This document shows, one piece after another, positions 24,913-38,594 of a stretch of 64,000 nt of DNA. Source of the DNA: Macrostomum lignano (Eukaryota); NCBI GenBank assembly GCA_002269645.1, contig NIVC01000455.1, positions 62,001 through 126,000 on the forward strand, read 5' to 3'. Under the pieces are notes generated by a model, which saw only the letters and a program-made list of their open reading frames with translations, was not told the origin of the DNA and made no database searches. The translations under genes and the position numbers were made by a program. The number at the start of each line of letters is the position of its first letter. The stretch's first letter is position 1.

Positions 24913-26284
24913 TGCGGCATTGCCTCTTTATTGGTCAAAATCGAACAGCCCAGAATAAAGAAAAAAGTGCGAACAGAAATGCCAAAATTGAGACGAAAGA
25001 AAATCTAAAGCGAGGATTCTACTTGCCGATCTGGTCGGGTTTAATTTAAATTTCAGCTGATAAAACAAATAAAACGGAGAGTTAGTAGAGATTAGCAGGC
25101 TTCTAACTAGGCTATGCGCTCAAGCGCAGATTATCTATACGAGAGCAATAAATGAAACTCGCGCTCTGTTCGTTGACCATAAAAAATGTTTCAAGTGCAG
25201 GGACACTGCTGTGCTGGCAGTCCAAACTCGAGCAGCGCTAATTGTCTTTCTCTTTCTTAGCACTTGGTAAAATAATTTCGTTTGAATTTTGAAACTTTCC
25301 GCGTGGTTAGGCGCATAAATAAGCATAGGAGAGTAATACTACTGCTACTAGGTGAGACGCGAAAATTGCGGAAAAATAATCGGATTATTGTTTGTTTAAA
25401 AAATTAAAAACTCAGAAAATATTTGCGTCAAATAATATCGCGTTTTGACAATTAAATAATTGAAATTCTCACTCAAAATATTAAATCTGGTTAAACAAAA
25501 TAACAAATCCTTGTCTAAACGTCTGAAATGGTGTTTCGAAAAACGATTTGTTTAAAATTGCACTGGTTTCAGTCGGATGGCGCGAATTTAATAAAATTCG
25601 TTGTTTTTGTTTAACTGAACAGAAAGTTAAAACTGAACGCACCAATTCTGGCGCAAATTTAAACAACAAAATTTAACTGGCGAAAACAAATGGTTAAACG
25701 TGGGAGAGCGAATTTAAACATTTTAGCTCACACCTCTCAGATTCCTGGAAACTGCTCATTTTTTTCACTTCGATTTTTCACTTTCTATCAAAACTCGATT
25801 ATGATGTTAAACAATCAAGACTTCTCCAAAATATCTCTGGATTTCTTTGCGAGGAACCAAACTATTAAAAAGTACATTTATGGAAGTAGACATGATATCC
25901 CGAGTGACTCCAGCTTTCTGTCAACTTTTCCTTCTCTTGTGCCAATCAAAGCATTTTTAACTCGGAGAGGGCCGCGCTCAATCGCAGCTGGCAGTAAAAG
26001 TACACAATTCTTCGAATTTATGGAATTATTGAGGGCCTTATTTTCAATTTGAAGTGCATTGGCGAGATCTGAAATCTCTCAACTTCAGTGCTGGGAATAA
26101 GAGATGCAGCTTGCTTGAAATAAAAAGCTCCTCTTACCCTTACAAGCTCACTACACGCTACTCACAGTAAGCACAGCTGCATGACACTAACTACTAACGA
26201 ATTGGGATTAATATAGCCGGTTTTTGTAGGGACGCGTTATGAACTGTCAGTGCCAATTGGTCATGTTGCCCGGCTCCGCTGCTT

Positions 26285-29200
26285 TCACTGGGCCGGCCCG
26301 CCGCCTCCGCCAAGCCCGGCCTCATCGGGCTGATCGTCGAAGATCTCAGCCGAGTACTTCTCGATGCAGTCCAGCAGAAAGTCGATGTCGGCCTCCGTCG
26401 CCGCCGGGTTCGACACGATCATGCGGAAGAAGTTCGGCAGGTTGCCGAGGGGTTGGTAGCCCACCATTGTGGTGCCACTCTCCATCATCAGCGCCTTCAC
26501 TTTGGGGGCCACCTGGGCGGGGAGAAGAAGGGGTTGAGATGGGGGTTGAGATGGGGGTTTGAGATGGGGGTTGAGATTGGGATTGAGATTGGGATTGAGA
26601 TTGGGATTGAGATTGGGATTGAGATTGGGATTGAGATTAGTATTGAGATTTTGATTGAGATGGGGATTGGGATTGGGATTGAGATTGGTATTGAGATTTT
26701 GATTGAGATGGGTATTGAGATTTTGATTGAGATGGGGATTGGGATTGGGATTGAGATTGGGATTGAGATTGGGATTGAGATTGGGATTGAGATTGGGATT
26801 GAGATTGGGATTGAGATGGGGGTTGAGATCGGGATTGAGATGGGGGTTGAGATGGGGTTGAGATCGGGATTGAGATTAGGATTGAGATTGGGATTGAGAT
26901 TGGGATTGAGATTGGGATTGAGATTGGGATTGAGATTGGGATTGAGATTAGGATTGAGATTGGGATTGAGATTGGGATTGAGATTGGGATTGAGATTAGG
27001 GTTGAGATGGGGGTTGAGATGGGGGTTGAGATGAAGAGGTTGAGATGAGGGTTGAGATGGGGGTTGAGATGGGGGTTGAGATGGGGGTTGAGATGGGGAT
27101 TGAAATGGGGGTTGAGATGGGGATTGAGACGGAGAAAGGGAGGTGGCCAGCAGCCTTAGGCAATCGGAGGGCCATGGCCCATACCAGGAATGAAAGAAGA
27201 AAAAATGCTCAACCTTTGGCATTAAAAGCACACAACCTGCACCTCATAGCGCTTCAAAAAGACTTTATCGAAAATCCCGCAGAAGAATAAAAATCGATAC
27301 TGAGGCCAAGCTGGGGATCGGAGATCGCCATCGGGAAATTTTGGCAAAGTTTTCCCATGAATGTCCCCGAACTTGCGATCTGGAATCCCCTCACCAAGGC
27401 TCCCAGCGCTGGGGAACTGGCATTTTTTCGGGGTGGGAAACTAGACCAGATCGAGAGGATTCCTGTGGGATTAAACTATGAGGAGATAATGGATTGGGGA
27501 TGTTGGGACAGCTGGGAAATGCTAAGCTGTCATTAATCCTCACCTGCTCAGGCTCACACCCTCTTAGAGATATCCCCAGCCACTCTGCTCGGATCCCAAC
27601 ATTGTTGTTTCGCCGCAATTCCCAGGATCAGCTGGTTGGACAAGAATTCCCCCCAGCGGCCAAGTGGTTATTGAAGCGACTCAAACAGCTCGGGTTCCGG
27701 GCTGCAGGCAGATGAGATAACAAGTGTTTTTTTGAGAAGCTTACCGGCCGCAAGGGAAATCCCGCTTGACCAGCTGCGCAATCGAATTTTGATTTATCAT
27801 GCTCCCAGCTGTCTCATGATTCCAAAAGAAGAAAAACCTTTTCTGATTCATCTTTTGCGTTTCTGTTTGCGCCTGGGATCTGCGACAGGGGGAGTATAAA
27901 GTAGACAGAGATAATAGACAGAGAGGGAGACAGAGAGGGAGACAGAGAGGGAGACAGAGAGGGAGACAGAGAGGGAGACAGAGAGGGAGACAGAGAGGGA
28001 GATAGAGAGGGAGACAGAGAGGGAGACAGAGAGGGAGACAGAGAGGGAGATAGAGAGGGAGACAGAGAGGGAGACAGAGAGGGAGATAGAGAGGGAGACA
28101 GAGAGGGAGACAGAGAGGGAGACAGAGAGCGAGATAGAGAGGGAGACAGAGAGGGAGACAGAGAGCGAGATAGAGAGGGAGACAGAGAGGGAGACAGAGA
28201 GGGAGACAGAGAGCGAGATAGAGAGGGAGACAGAGAGGGAGACAGAGAGGGAGACAGAGAGGGAGACAGAGAGGGAGACAGAGAGGGAGACAGAGAGGGA
28301 GACAGAGAGGGAGACAGAGAGGGAGACAGAGAGGGAGACAGAGAGGGAGACAGAGAGGGAGACAGAGAGGGAGACAGAGAGGGAGACAGAGAGGGAGACA
28401 GAGAGGGAGACAGAGAGGGAGACAGAGAGGGAGATAGAGAGGGAGACAGAGAGGGAGATAGAGAGGGAGACAGAGAGGGAGACAGAGAGGGAGATAGAGA
28501 GGGAGACAGAGAGGGAGACAGAGAGGGAGATAGAGAGGGAGACAGAGAGGGAGACAGAGAAGGAGACAGAGAGGGAGACAGAGAGGGAGACAGAGAGGGA
28601 GACAGAGAGGGAGACAGACAGATTGAAGTCGTCCAATCAGTGGGGATGCAGCATCTCCTCGACTGTCTCACCTCGTTGATGACGCTGTCCCTCTCCGGTC
28701 CCGGCTTCATCGAGCGGAACTTCTCCGGCACGTACCAGAAGCAGACGTTGACAAAGTCGGGCTGCAAGAGGCGGTGAGCAGGGTGGTGGTTGAGCCGCTG
28801 CCCAGTCACAGCAGTCGCCAGATTGCGCCTGTCGCGCTGTCTCTGGGATCAGCGAACTGCGGTAATTAGCTACCTCTGGCCTTCCCAAACCCGGGTGGGG
28901 GGTGGCCATGCGAGCAGTTCAGAGCTCAGGCGCCACGGCGGGTTTCAGGCACTTGGCCTGTCGCATCAATTATTAACGAATACGGATTTTGGGGGATCGG
29001 AGTGGCTCAAGACAAGTGGAGCATTGCGCGTCTGTCGCCATGAAAACGGCGCTAGAAAGCTGCTTTGAGCTACCGATCAACTGAACAGTGGTTCTAAAAA
29101 TTTTAGGCTGATCCCAGCCTCATATCAGCATCATCTCAGCCTCACCTCAGCATCATCTTTAGCCTCATCTCAGCCTCATCTCCAGCATCATCTCAGCCTC

Positions 29201-32200
29201 ATCTCAGCCTCATCTCCAGCATCATCTCAGCCTCATCTCAGCATCATCTCAGCCTCATCTCCAGCATCATCTTTAGCCTCATCTCAGCATCATCTCAGCC
29301 TCATCTCAGCATCATCTTTAGCCTCATCTCAGCCTTATCTCCAGCATCATCTCAGCCTCATCTCAGCATCATCTCAGCCTCATCTCCAGCATCATCTCAG
29401 CCTCATCTCAGCCTCATCTCCAGCATCATCTCAGCCTCATCTCAGCATCATCTCAGCCTCATCTCAGCATCATCTTTAGCCTCATCTCAGCCTCATCTCC
29501 AGCATCATGCCAACCTCATATCAGCATCAGCCCAACCTCATATCAGCATCATCCCAGCCTCATATCAGCATCATCCCAACCTCATATCAGCATCATCTCC
29601 AGCATCATGCCAATCTCATATCAGCATCATCTCCAGCATCATGCCAACCTCATATCAGCATCATCTCCAGCATCATGCCAACCTCATATCAGCATCATCT
29701 CCAGCATCATGCCAACCTCATATCAGCATCATCCCAGCATCATCTCCAGCATCATGCCAACCTCATATCAGCATCATCCCAGCATCATCTCCAGCATCAT
29801 GCCAATCTCATATCAGCATCATCTCCAGCATCATGCCAACCTCATATCAGCATCATCTCCAGCATCATGCCAACCTCATATCAGCATCATCCCAGCATCA
29901 TCTCCAGCATCATGCCAATCTCATATCAGCATCATCTCCAGCATCATGCCAACCTCATATCAGCATCATCCCAGCCTCATATCAGCATCATCCCAACCTC
30001 ATATCAGCATCATCTCCAGCATCATGCCAACCTCATATCAGCATCATCTCCAGCATCATGCCAACCTCATATCAGCATCATCCCAGCCTCATATCAGCAT
30101 CATCCCAACCTCATATCAGCATCATCTCCAGCATCATGCCAACCTCATATCAGCATCATCTCCAGCATCATGCCAACCTCATATCAGCATCATCCCAGCC
30201 TCATATCAGCATAAGCCCAACCTCATATCAGCATCATCCCAGAATTATTTCCAGCATTATCTCGACCTCATCTTAAGACTCATCTCAGCACCATCTCAGC
30301 CTCATATCAGCATCATCCCCAAAATCATTCACAGAATCATCTTCAGCATCATCTTAGCCTTATCATAGAGACTCAAGTGGAGCACTGTGCATCTGTCGCC
30401 ATGAAAAAACAGCATTAGAAAGCTGATGAAGCTGATCCGGGGGCGTTTCTAAGCAGCTCACTAAGTCTCCCAGAATCCGCCGCTTACTTTCTCCATCACC
30501 ATCTCGTAGCCGGGACGCTTCTTCAGCTGCTGGCACAGGTAACTGCAACGCAGGTGTGGTGTGGTGTGAGCAGGTCTGACTTAACTTATATATCAGCGTC
30601 TGGTGATGGAGACTCACTTGGCCAGGTCGATGAGGTAGTCAACTTGCTCCCCGTAGCCTTCATCACCCTGCAATTGCAGCAAAATGCATTATGTGCTCAA
30701 GTGAAACTGCAGTGTGTATCCGATCTGCAAGATCCTATCGAGAGTAATATTTCCAATTAACCTTGTTCTCAGTCTCTGAGAATCTTAGGGTTCTCAGTCC
30801 TAGAGAATCTGCTCCAGTCATTGAGATCTGCCCTAGTCATTGGGAATCTGCCCCAGTCATTGAGATCTGCCCTAGTCATTGGAAATCTGCCCCAGTCATT
30901 GAGAATCTGCCCCAGTCATTGGAAATCTGCCCCAGTCACTGGGAATCTGCCCCAGTCATTGAGAATCTGCCCCAGTCATTGAAAATCTGCCTCAGTCATT
31001 GAGAATCTGCCCCAGTCATCGGGAATCTGCCCCAGTCATTGAGAATCTGCCCCAGTCATTGAGAATCTGCCTCAGTCATTGAGAATCTGCCCCAGTCATT
31101 GGGAATCTGCCCCAGTCATCGAGAAACTGCCCCAGTCATTGAGAATCTGCCCCAGTCATTGAGAATCTGCCCCAGTCATTGAGAATCTGCCCCATTCATC
31201 GGGAATCTGCCCTAGTCATTGGAAATCTGCCCCAGTCATTGAGAATCTGCCCCAGTCATTGAGAATCTGCCCCAGTCATTGAGAATCTGCCCCAGTCATT
31301 GAGAATCCGCCCAGTCATTGAGAATCTGCCTCAGTCATTGAGAATCTGCCCCAGTCATTGAGAATCTGCCCCAGTCATTGAGAATCTGCCCCAGTCATCG
31401 GGAATCTGCCCTAGTCATTGGAAATCTGCCCCAGTCATTGAGAATCCGCCCCAGTCATTGAGAATCTGCCCCAGTCATTGAGATTCTGCCCCAGTCATTG
31501 AGAATCTGCCCCAGTCATTGAGATTCTGCCCCAGTCCTTGAGAATCTGCCCCAGTCATCGAGAAACTGCCCCAGCCGTCACCTTGGCCCTCCAGGACAGC
31601 CAGAGCTTGAAGATGTCGTTCCTGCGGCCGCACTGGATGCTCTTGTCGCCCGTGTCGTAGCTCACGTCGTACTGCTTGTCCTGCTGGAACAGGTAGTCCG
31701 CCTGCATGCCGTTGCAGCCTTGCAGCAGGCCGATGTGCCTCTCCGGCAGGAGGATCACCGAGCACTGCAGCGTCACGCCCATCAGCTTGTGGGGATTCCA
31801 GGTGACCGAGTCGGCACGCTGCACCCCGGCCAGCAGGTGGCGGTGTCGCTGGCTGAGCAGAACGCCGCCGCCCCAGGCCGTGTCCACGTGGAACCAGAGC
31901 CCGTGCCGCTCGCACACGTCCGCGATCGCGTCCAGCGGGTCGAAGGCGCCCAGCACGGTTGTGCCGCCGGTGGCGCTGACGAAGAAGGGCTCCTGACCGC
32001 GGCTGCGGGCGAGTCCGATCAGCTGCTCCAGGTGCTCGGGCAGCATCTTGCCCCTGAGACATGCGGGGTTGAAAAGGCAGAGATGAGAAACTCTTCTTGA
32101 GACATTTCGGGAAATAAGATATGGAAAGTTCCAGGGAGGCTTTTTCGAGAGCAGGAAACGCATCTGGTTCGATTCCACGAGCGGCCCAGCATTCATTTGT

Positions 32201-35200
32201 GACTTGAGCACGAAAATTAGCCGACGACTGCCGCGAATTTAATAGCCAGGAGGGCCAAACCACAAGTCTGACGAAGACAGCTTCGACTACCTGTTGTCCG
32301 TGTCCACCAGGTAGACGCTGTCCATGCCCATGCCCAGGATCGCGGCCGACTTCTTCACCGAGTAGTGCGCGTCCTTCGAGGTGAACATCGCCAACTCCGG
32401 CACGGCGCGCATGCCCCGCATCTTCACCTCCGGGAAGCGGTTGTACCGGGCCACCATGGCGGCGTACAGGTTGGAGATGCTGCCGCCAGGAGCCAGGATG
32501 CCGTCGCCGCTCTCCCAGCCGATGTGCTCTCGCATCTTCTGCAGGGTGACCTCCTCCATGAGCACGAAAACAGGCGCGATCTCGTAGGTGAACCTGCGCG
32601 GGGGGGGGCAAAGCACTGCCGGTTTCCGGTGTTCCATCAATTGGTTCCACGCTCCCCGCGCTCCATTCTCCACCCAATTTCCCACACTCGCCATTCCCCA
32701 CACCCACCTTTCCCCACACCTGAAATTCCACACACCTGAAATTCCACACACCTGAAATTCCCTACACCTGCCATTCTCCAAACCTGCCATTCCCCACACC
32801 TGCCATTCTTTACACCTTCCATTCCCCACACCTGCAATTCCCCACACCTGCCATTCCCCACACCTGCCATTCTCCACACCTGCCATTCTCCACACCCGCC
32901 ATTCCCCACACCCGCCATTCTTCACACCTGCCATTCCCCACACCCACCTTTCCCCACACCTGAAATCCCCCACACCTTCCATTCCCTACACCTGCCATTC
33001 TCCACACCCGCCATTACTCACAACCGCAATTTCTCATCCGCCATTCCCCACCCGCCATTCCTCACAACCGCCATTTCTCATTCGCCATTCTCCGCACCCG
33101 CCATTCTCCGCACCCGCCATTCCCAACCCGCCATTCCCCACCTGCCATTCCTCACAACCGCCATTTCTCATCCGCCATTCTCCACACCCGCCATTCTCCG
33201 CACCCGCCATTCCCAACCCGCCATTTCCCACACCCGCCATTCCCCACACCAACATGTTGGTGTTGGTGGCGGCCGTCAGCCACTCGCCAGCCATGGCGAT
33301 GACGTCGAGGCCCGACGAGAGCTGGTTGAAGAAGCGCGGGTGGCCGGTCTTGACGGCGTACTTCAGCGTCTCCTTGCAGTCGCTGAGGATCTGCTCCAGG
33401 TCGCGCGGCTCCACGGGGATCTCCAGGCAGTGGCTGAGGGCCTCCCGCAGCTGGTGAGGGTGGTGAAAGTCCAGCACCTTGTTGCTGCGGTCATTGATGC
33501 GGTGCAGGTACTCCAGCAGCAGGTCCACCACCTCCGTGATGAAGCTGACCGTGCCTTCGTAGCCCTGCTCGGCTGGCAGCATCTCTGCGGGGATGGCGAT
33601 GGGTGAGAATTTGATATCTCGGATAAGACTTTGACATCTCGGGTGAGACTTTGATATCTCGGGTAAGACTTTGACATCTCGGGTGAGACTTTGACATCTC
33701 GGGTGAGACTTTGACATCTCGGGTGAGACTTTGACATCTCGGGTGAGACTTTGACATCTCGGGTGAGACTTTGACATCTCGGGTAAGACTTTGACATCTG
33801 GGGTGAGACTTTGACATCTCGGGTGAGACTTTGACATCTCGGGTGAGATATCTTCGTAGAGACTTTTTAAAGAATAGAAGAGATTTTTAGATATTGGTGA
33901 GAATGAGTAATGTTGGGTGAAATTGGGTGAGATTAGATTGGGAATGGGTGAGATTGGGTGAGATTAAGCGATATTGGGTGAGATTGAGTAACATTGGGTG
34001 AGATTGGGTGAGATTGGGTGGGAATGGGTGAGATTTGGTGAGATTAAGCGAGATTAGTGCGATTAAGCGAGATTGGGGTGGGAATGGGCAAGATTGGTTG
34101 AGATTGGGTGAGACTGAGTGAGATTGGGTGGGATTAGGTGAGATTGGGCGAGATTAGGTGAGATTGGTTGAGATTGGGTGAGATTGAGTGAGATTGGGCA
34201 AGATAGGGTGAGATCTAGAGGTTTAATTAATCTTTTGGGATTCAATGAAGTTTCAAGGTTTTTAAGAAAGATTTACAAAATCAAGTTTCCAGTATCCCTA
34301 AACTGGGACAATTTCCCGTTAAAAGTCGCGCCTCTCCTTCAAGCGATCGATCTTCGGGAAACCTGTCCCCTAGGAGAAGTCAATAGCAGAGGGGAGACAA
34401 AGCTCGGAGATTGGGGACCCCCCGAGACTGGCAGACAAACAGGCCTGAGAAACTCGAGCCAGCAGCAGTTTAATGATCCAATTTAAAGAGATAAACGGAT
34501 CAAAGCGGATCAAAGCCCGGAGGGTGCTGGCAGCTCAGCTGATTGAAGCGCCATTTGATGAACGACTCTCGGAGCTCAAGTGCGTCGAAAATTCGAATCG
34601 AAATCTCCTCCGATCTGAGCTACAATCGATTTCCAATATGGGGCCGCGAGTTTTGCCTGCCGAGGGGATCCGGGGAGCCCGGGATGCTGGGGCTGGGATG
34701 GAGCAGGTGCGAGCTGCGCGTCGCTTCGCTGAGCCCGAATGAGAAGTGTCAGATGCTCCGCCGGGATTCTTTTTGGGCGAGGAGCAAGTTTGGCATGATA
34801 ATTGATTTATGGGGGGGGGGGTGGGAGAGAACGCGTCTTCGCCTGCAGCGGCTCGGTGTTGGTGCTGCGCTCAAAAAACTTTAAGCTCATCCCAGCCTCA
34901 TCCTAGCCTCATCTCCAGAATCATCCTTAGCCTAATCCCCAGAATCATCCTTAGCCTCATCCCCAGAATCATCCTTAGCCTCATCCCCAGAATCATCCTT
35001 AGCATCATCCCCAGAATCATCCTTAGCCTAATCCCCAGTATCATCCCCAGCCTCATCATCAGCCTCATCCCAGCCCCTTCCCCAGCCTCATCCCCAGCCT
35101 CATGTCAGTCTCATTCCCAGCCTCATCCTAGCCTCATCTCCAGAATCATCCTTAGCATCATCCCCAGAATCATCCTTAGCCTCATCCCCAGAATCATCCT

Positions 35201-36210
35201 TAGCATCATCCCCTGAATCATCCTTAGCCTAATCCCCAGTATCATCTCCAGCCTCATCATCAGCCTCATCCCAGCCCCTTCCCCAGCCTCATCCCAGCCT
35301 CACCCCCAGCCTCATCCCAGCCTCATCCCCAGCCTCATCCCAGCCGCATCCCAGCCTCATCCCAGCCTCACCCCAGCCTCACCCCAGCCTCATCCCAGCC
35401 TCATCCCAGTCTCATCCCAGGCTCATGTCAGTGTCATTCCCAGCCTCATCCCAGCCTCATCCCAGGCTCATGTCAGTGTCATTCCCAGCCTCATCCCAGC
35501 CTCATCCCAGCCGCATCCCAGCCTAATCCCAGGCTCATGTCAGTCTCATTCCCAGCATCATCCCAGGCTCCTGTCAGTGTCATTCCCAGCCTCATCCCAG
35601 CCTCATCCCAGGCTCATGTCAGTGTCACTCCCAGCCTCATCCCAGTCTCATCCCAGCCTCATTTCAGTGTCATTCCCAGCCTCATCCCAGCCTCATCCCA
35701 GCTCCGCTCACCCTTGCTAAAGGCACCCTCGAATCGAGACCAGTCGGGCTCGAACCCGGGTCCTTTCTCCGCCCTTTTCTCCTCGCCATCGCCGTCAACG
35801 ATTTTCTTGCCGCTGCCGGAAGTCGGAGCAGATACTTCTGCCGAGGCCGCCACCGCTGTGGTTTCCGCCGGAAGCTCCTCCAGGGCGGTGGCCTCTTTGA
35901 TCATCGCCTCAGCTTCCTTGGCGGAGCCGGCAGCGGCAGCGGCGGCCAGCAGGAAGTCGCCGTGCCGGGCGGCCAGGCGGCCCCGCAGGAGGCGCACCGT
36001 GTCGAGAACGCGGCCGTCGGTGCCGGGCCGGAAGTCGAGCAGCCCCGGGTCCAGCGACAGGCGGCCGCGGAGACCGGCGGACTTCGCCCACTGGTTTGAG
36101 CGGAGCTGCTGCTGCTGATTGGAGGCGGCGGCGGCGGCGGCGGCTTTGGCGGCGCCTTTGATGTTGTTGCTGGGACTGTTGTCTTTCGCGCTGTTTAGAG
36201 TGGACAGCAT
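26285..36210 (-). CDS. GAD: Glutamate decarboxylase (PLP-dependent, GAD65/67 family), ~675 aa
   Basis: Exons (minus strand) 36210-35712, 33584-33254, 32593-32291, 32053-31582, 30667-30618, 30542-30488, 28761-28672, 26512-26285 (TGA); phase-consistent, 2028 nt. Motifs [41 protein letters not shown] lysine [20 protein letters not shown], and [21 protein letters not shown], the last nearly identical to the recalled vertebrate GAD67. Confidence 0.96.
26530..27130. repeat. 12-bp G-rich repeat (GGGATTGAGATT / GGGGTTGAGATG)n abutting the last GAD acceptor
   Basis: Seen directly. Confidence 0.92.
27903..28620. repeat. 12-bp purine repeat (GAGACAGAGAGG)n, GAD intron
   Basis: Seen directly. Confidence 0.95.
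29110..30360. repeat. Complex CAGCATCATCT / CAGCCTCATCT / CATGCCAACCT low-complexity array, GAD intron
   Basis: Seen directly; flanked by a ~50-bp direct repeat (29013-29062 and 30374-30425). Confidence 0.9.
30805..31575. repeat. 20-bp minisatellite (GAGAATCTGCCCCAGTCATT)n starting ~7 nt after the GAD donor at 31581
   Basis: Seen directly. Confidence 0.94.
32660..33250. repeat. Degenerate (CCTGCCATTCCCCACA)n-type array starting at the GAD donor at 33253
   Basis: Seen directly. Confidence 0.88.
33605..33850. repeat. 20-bp minisatellite (GAGACTTTGACATCTCGGGT)n just upstream of the GAD acceptor at 33585
   Basis: Seen directly. Confidence 0.94.
33900..34215. repeat. 10-bp repeat (GATTGGGTGA)n
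   Basis: Seen directly; degenerate. Confidence 0.85.
34885..35702. repeat. Complex (CATCCCAGCCT)n array abutting the GAD donor at 35711
   Basis: Seen directly. Confidence 0.9.
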
Positions 36211-36504
36211 CTGAGGGGGGGGGGGTTGCAGGAGGCCTTGGCTTTGTCGTCTGTAGCTCAGAATTCTCCAATAATTGCCTGACTGTACAATGAATTGCCT
36301 TTCTAGCCACTGTACTGCACAGTGCGGCATGTCGGAGCCGCGTCTGGCCAGCCGGTTGTAAAACCGGGAGGCGTGCAAAGTGTCTGTGATGAGGGCGTGG
36401 CCACTGAGCTGGCGGAGTTTTATGCCTTTATTGTGCTTGAGTTGAAGGGCAACATTTTCTAATGGATTGAGTCGGTGGGTGAGAACGGTTATTGGTAAGA
36501 TGAA

Positions 36505-37712
36505 TAAGCAGCTTGGAATGAGGTAGATAAACAGGTTGGAATGAGGGAGATAAACAGGTTGGAATGAGGGAGATAAACAGGTTGGAATGAGGGAGATAAA
36601 CAGGTTGGAGTGAGGTAGATAAGCAGCTTGGAGTGAGGTAGATAAGCAGCTTGGAGTGAGGTAGATAAGCAGGTTGGAATGAGGGAGATAAACATGTTGG
36701 AATGAGGGAGATAAACAGCTTGGAGTGAGGTAGATGAGCAGGTTGGAATGAGGGAGATAAACAGCTTGGAGTGAGGTAGATAAACAGCTTGGAGTGAGGT
36801 AGATAAGCAGCTTGGAGTGAGGGAGATAAACAGCTTGGAGTGAGGTAGATAAACAGCTTGGAGTGAGGTAGATAAACAGCTTGGAGTGAGGTAGATAAAC
36901 AGGTTGGAGTGAGGGAGATAAACAGCTTGGAGTGAGGTAGATAAACAGGTTGGAGTGAGGGAGATAAACAGCTTGGAGTGAGGTAGATAAGCAGGTTGGA
37001 ATGAGGTAGATAAACAGGTTGGAGTGAGGGAGATAAACAGGTTGGAGTGAGGTAGATAAACAGGTTGGAGTGAGGGAGATAAACAGCTTGGAGTGAGGTA
37101 GATAAACAGGTTGGAGTGAGGGAGATAAACAGCTTGGAGTGAGGTAGATAAGCAGGTTGGAATGAGGGAGATAAACAGCTTGGAGTGAGGGAGATAAACA
37201 GGTTGGAGTGAGGTAGATAAACAGGTTGGAGTGAGGTAGATAAACAGCTTGGAGTGAGGGAGATAAACAGGTTGGAGTGAGGTAGATAAGCAGCTTGGAG
37301 TGAGGTAGATAAACAGCTTGGAGTGAGGTAGATAAACAGCTTGGAGTGAGGTAGATAAGCAGCTTGGAGTGAGGTAGATAAACAGCTTGGAGTGAGGTAG
37401 ATAAACAGCTTGGAGTGAGGTAGATAAACAGCTTGGAGTGAGGTAGATAAACAGGTTGGAGTGAGGTAGATAAACAGGTTGGAGTGAGGTAGATAAACAG
37501 CTTGGAGTGAGGGAGATAAACAGGTTGGAGTGAGGTAGATAAGCAGCTTGGAGTGAGGGAGATAAACAGCTTGGAGTGAGGTAGATAAACAGCTTGGAGT
37601 GAGGTAGATAAGCAGCTTGGAGTGAGGTAGATAAACAGGTTGGAGTGAGGGAGATAAACAGCTTGGAGTGAGGTAGATAAGCAGGTTGGAATGAGGGAGA
37701 TAAACATGTTGG
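36505..37712. repeat. 23-bp minisatellite (GAGTGAGGTAGATAAACAGCTTG)n, ~52 copies, GAD 5'-UTR intron
   Basis: Seen directly; the source of the 470-710 aa spurious ORFs. Confidence 0.95.
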
Positions 37713-38095
37713 AGAGATTGCATGAACTTGCAAATCCCATGCCAAGTTCCCCGAGCCCAGGAGCTGAGGGAGCCTCCCAATGAGCAGCACACAATCAGAA
37801 AAATGACACCCGTAAAAAGTGGCTCTTCGAGTTTTCTTGACTTGCGGGCGGAAATTGCGGCCCGGCCAGGAGTCCCTGAATTCGCACTGCACTGACATGG
37901 ACCACTAAACCATGAGGCACCTTCATGCATAATTGAACTCAGTTGGAGCGAGAATTTTTAGAAACTTTACCCTAAAACCAGGCCTGTTTTAGCAGCCTGT
38001 TTTTAAAATATCTACCTTGCACTCTCAAGGGATCTGAATGGGATCCGGGCCGACAAGCCGGGATGGGGAGAAAAGAGAAAACTCCCCATGCTCAC

Positions 38096-38232
38096 CTCCT
38101 TCGGTGCCTCGGTCGGCTCGGACAGTTTGAAATAGTTTTGAGTCGAAGGAATTCCTCGGATGATGGGGCTGCGTCCGGGATGGCGGCTCGTCCTCCGGGT
38201 TTTATGCCTGAGCAGGCGGCTGCTGATTGGCT
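38096..38232 (-). promoter_or_regulatory. Probable GAD core promoter and non-coding exon 1
   Basis: On the minus strand: AGCCAATCA (38232-38224), TATA-like CATAAAA (38206-38200), an ATG-free GC-rich stretch, and a consensus donor GAG|GTGAGC at 38095. The next acceptor (CCCCTCAG) sits immediately before the ATG at 36210. Confidence 0.6.
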
Positions 38233-38594
38233 GTGGCTGTGAGCTCTCTCAGAAACAATTGATAAAATTTCCCCAATGATGGACGAATACAAGAGTTTCA
38301 ATTGCAAAGACATTGAGAAGGGTCGGGAGCAGTCCAGGAGTCTGTCAAGGAGGCCTGAGCCCAGAGCCCGGAGTGGGAATTCTCTGCAAAAACTTTTCCC
38401 TTCAAATGTAGGCTTACTGCAGTGTTTTTATTCACGCATAAAAACGTAAAAAACAGTTTTATGCGTGATATACTACTGCTAAAGTAACCATCGCTTCTGT
38501 TTTGTTTAATTGATTTAAATTAAATTGATTGGCCTAAAGTAAAATCTGCGTCTGAATAAATAATCAAACTAAGTGACTACCGAACCTGACGAAA

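Noticed and set aside
36205-36215. Spliced-leader trans-splicing implied by an ATG directly after an acceptor (also GPCR 51271)
   Set aside because: Both genes have plausible upstream cis exons with consensus donors (38095, 51947), so there is no need to invoke trans-splicing from sequence alone.
35659-37930. 470-711 aa ORFs on the minus strand
   Set aside because: They are translations of the 23-bp intronic array; only 36210-35712 is a real GAD exon.
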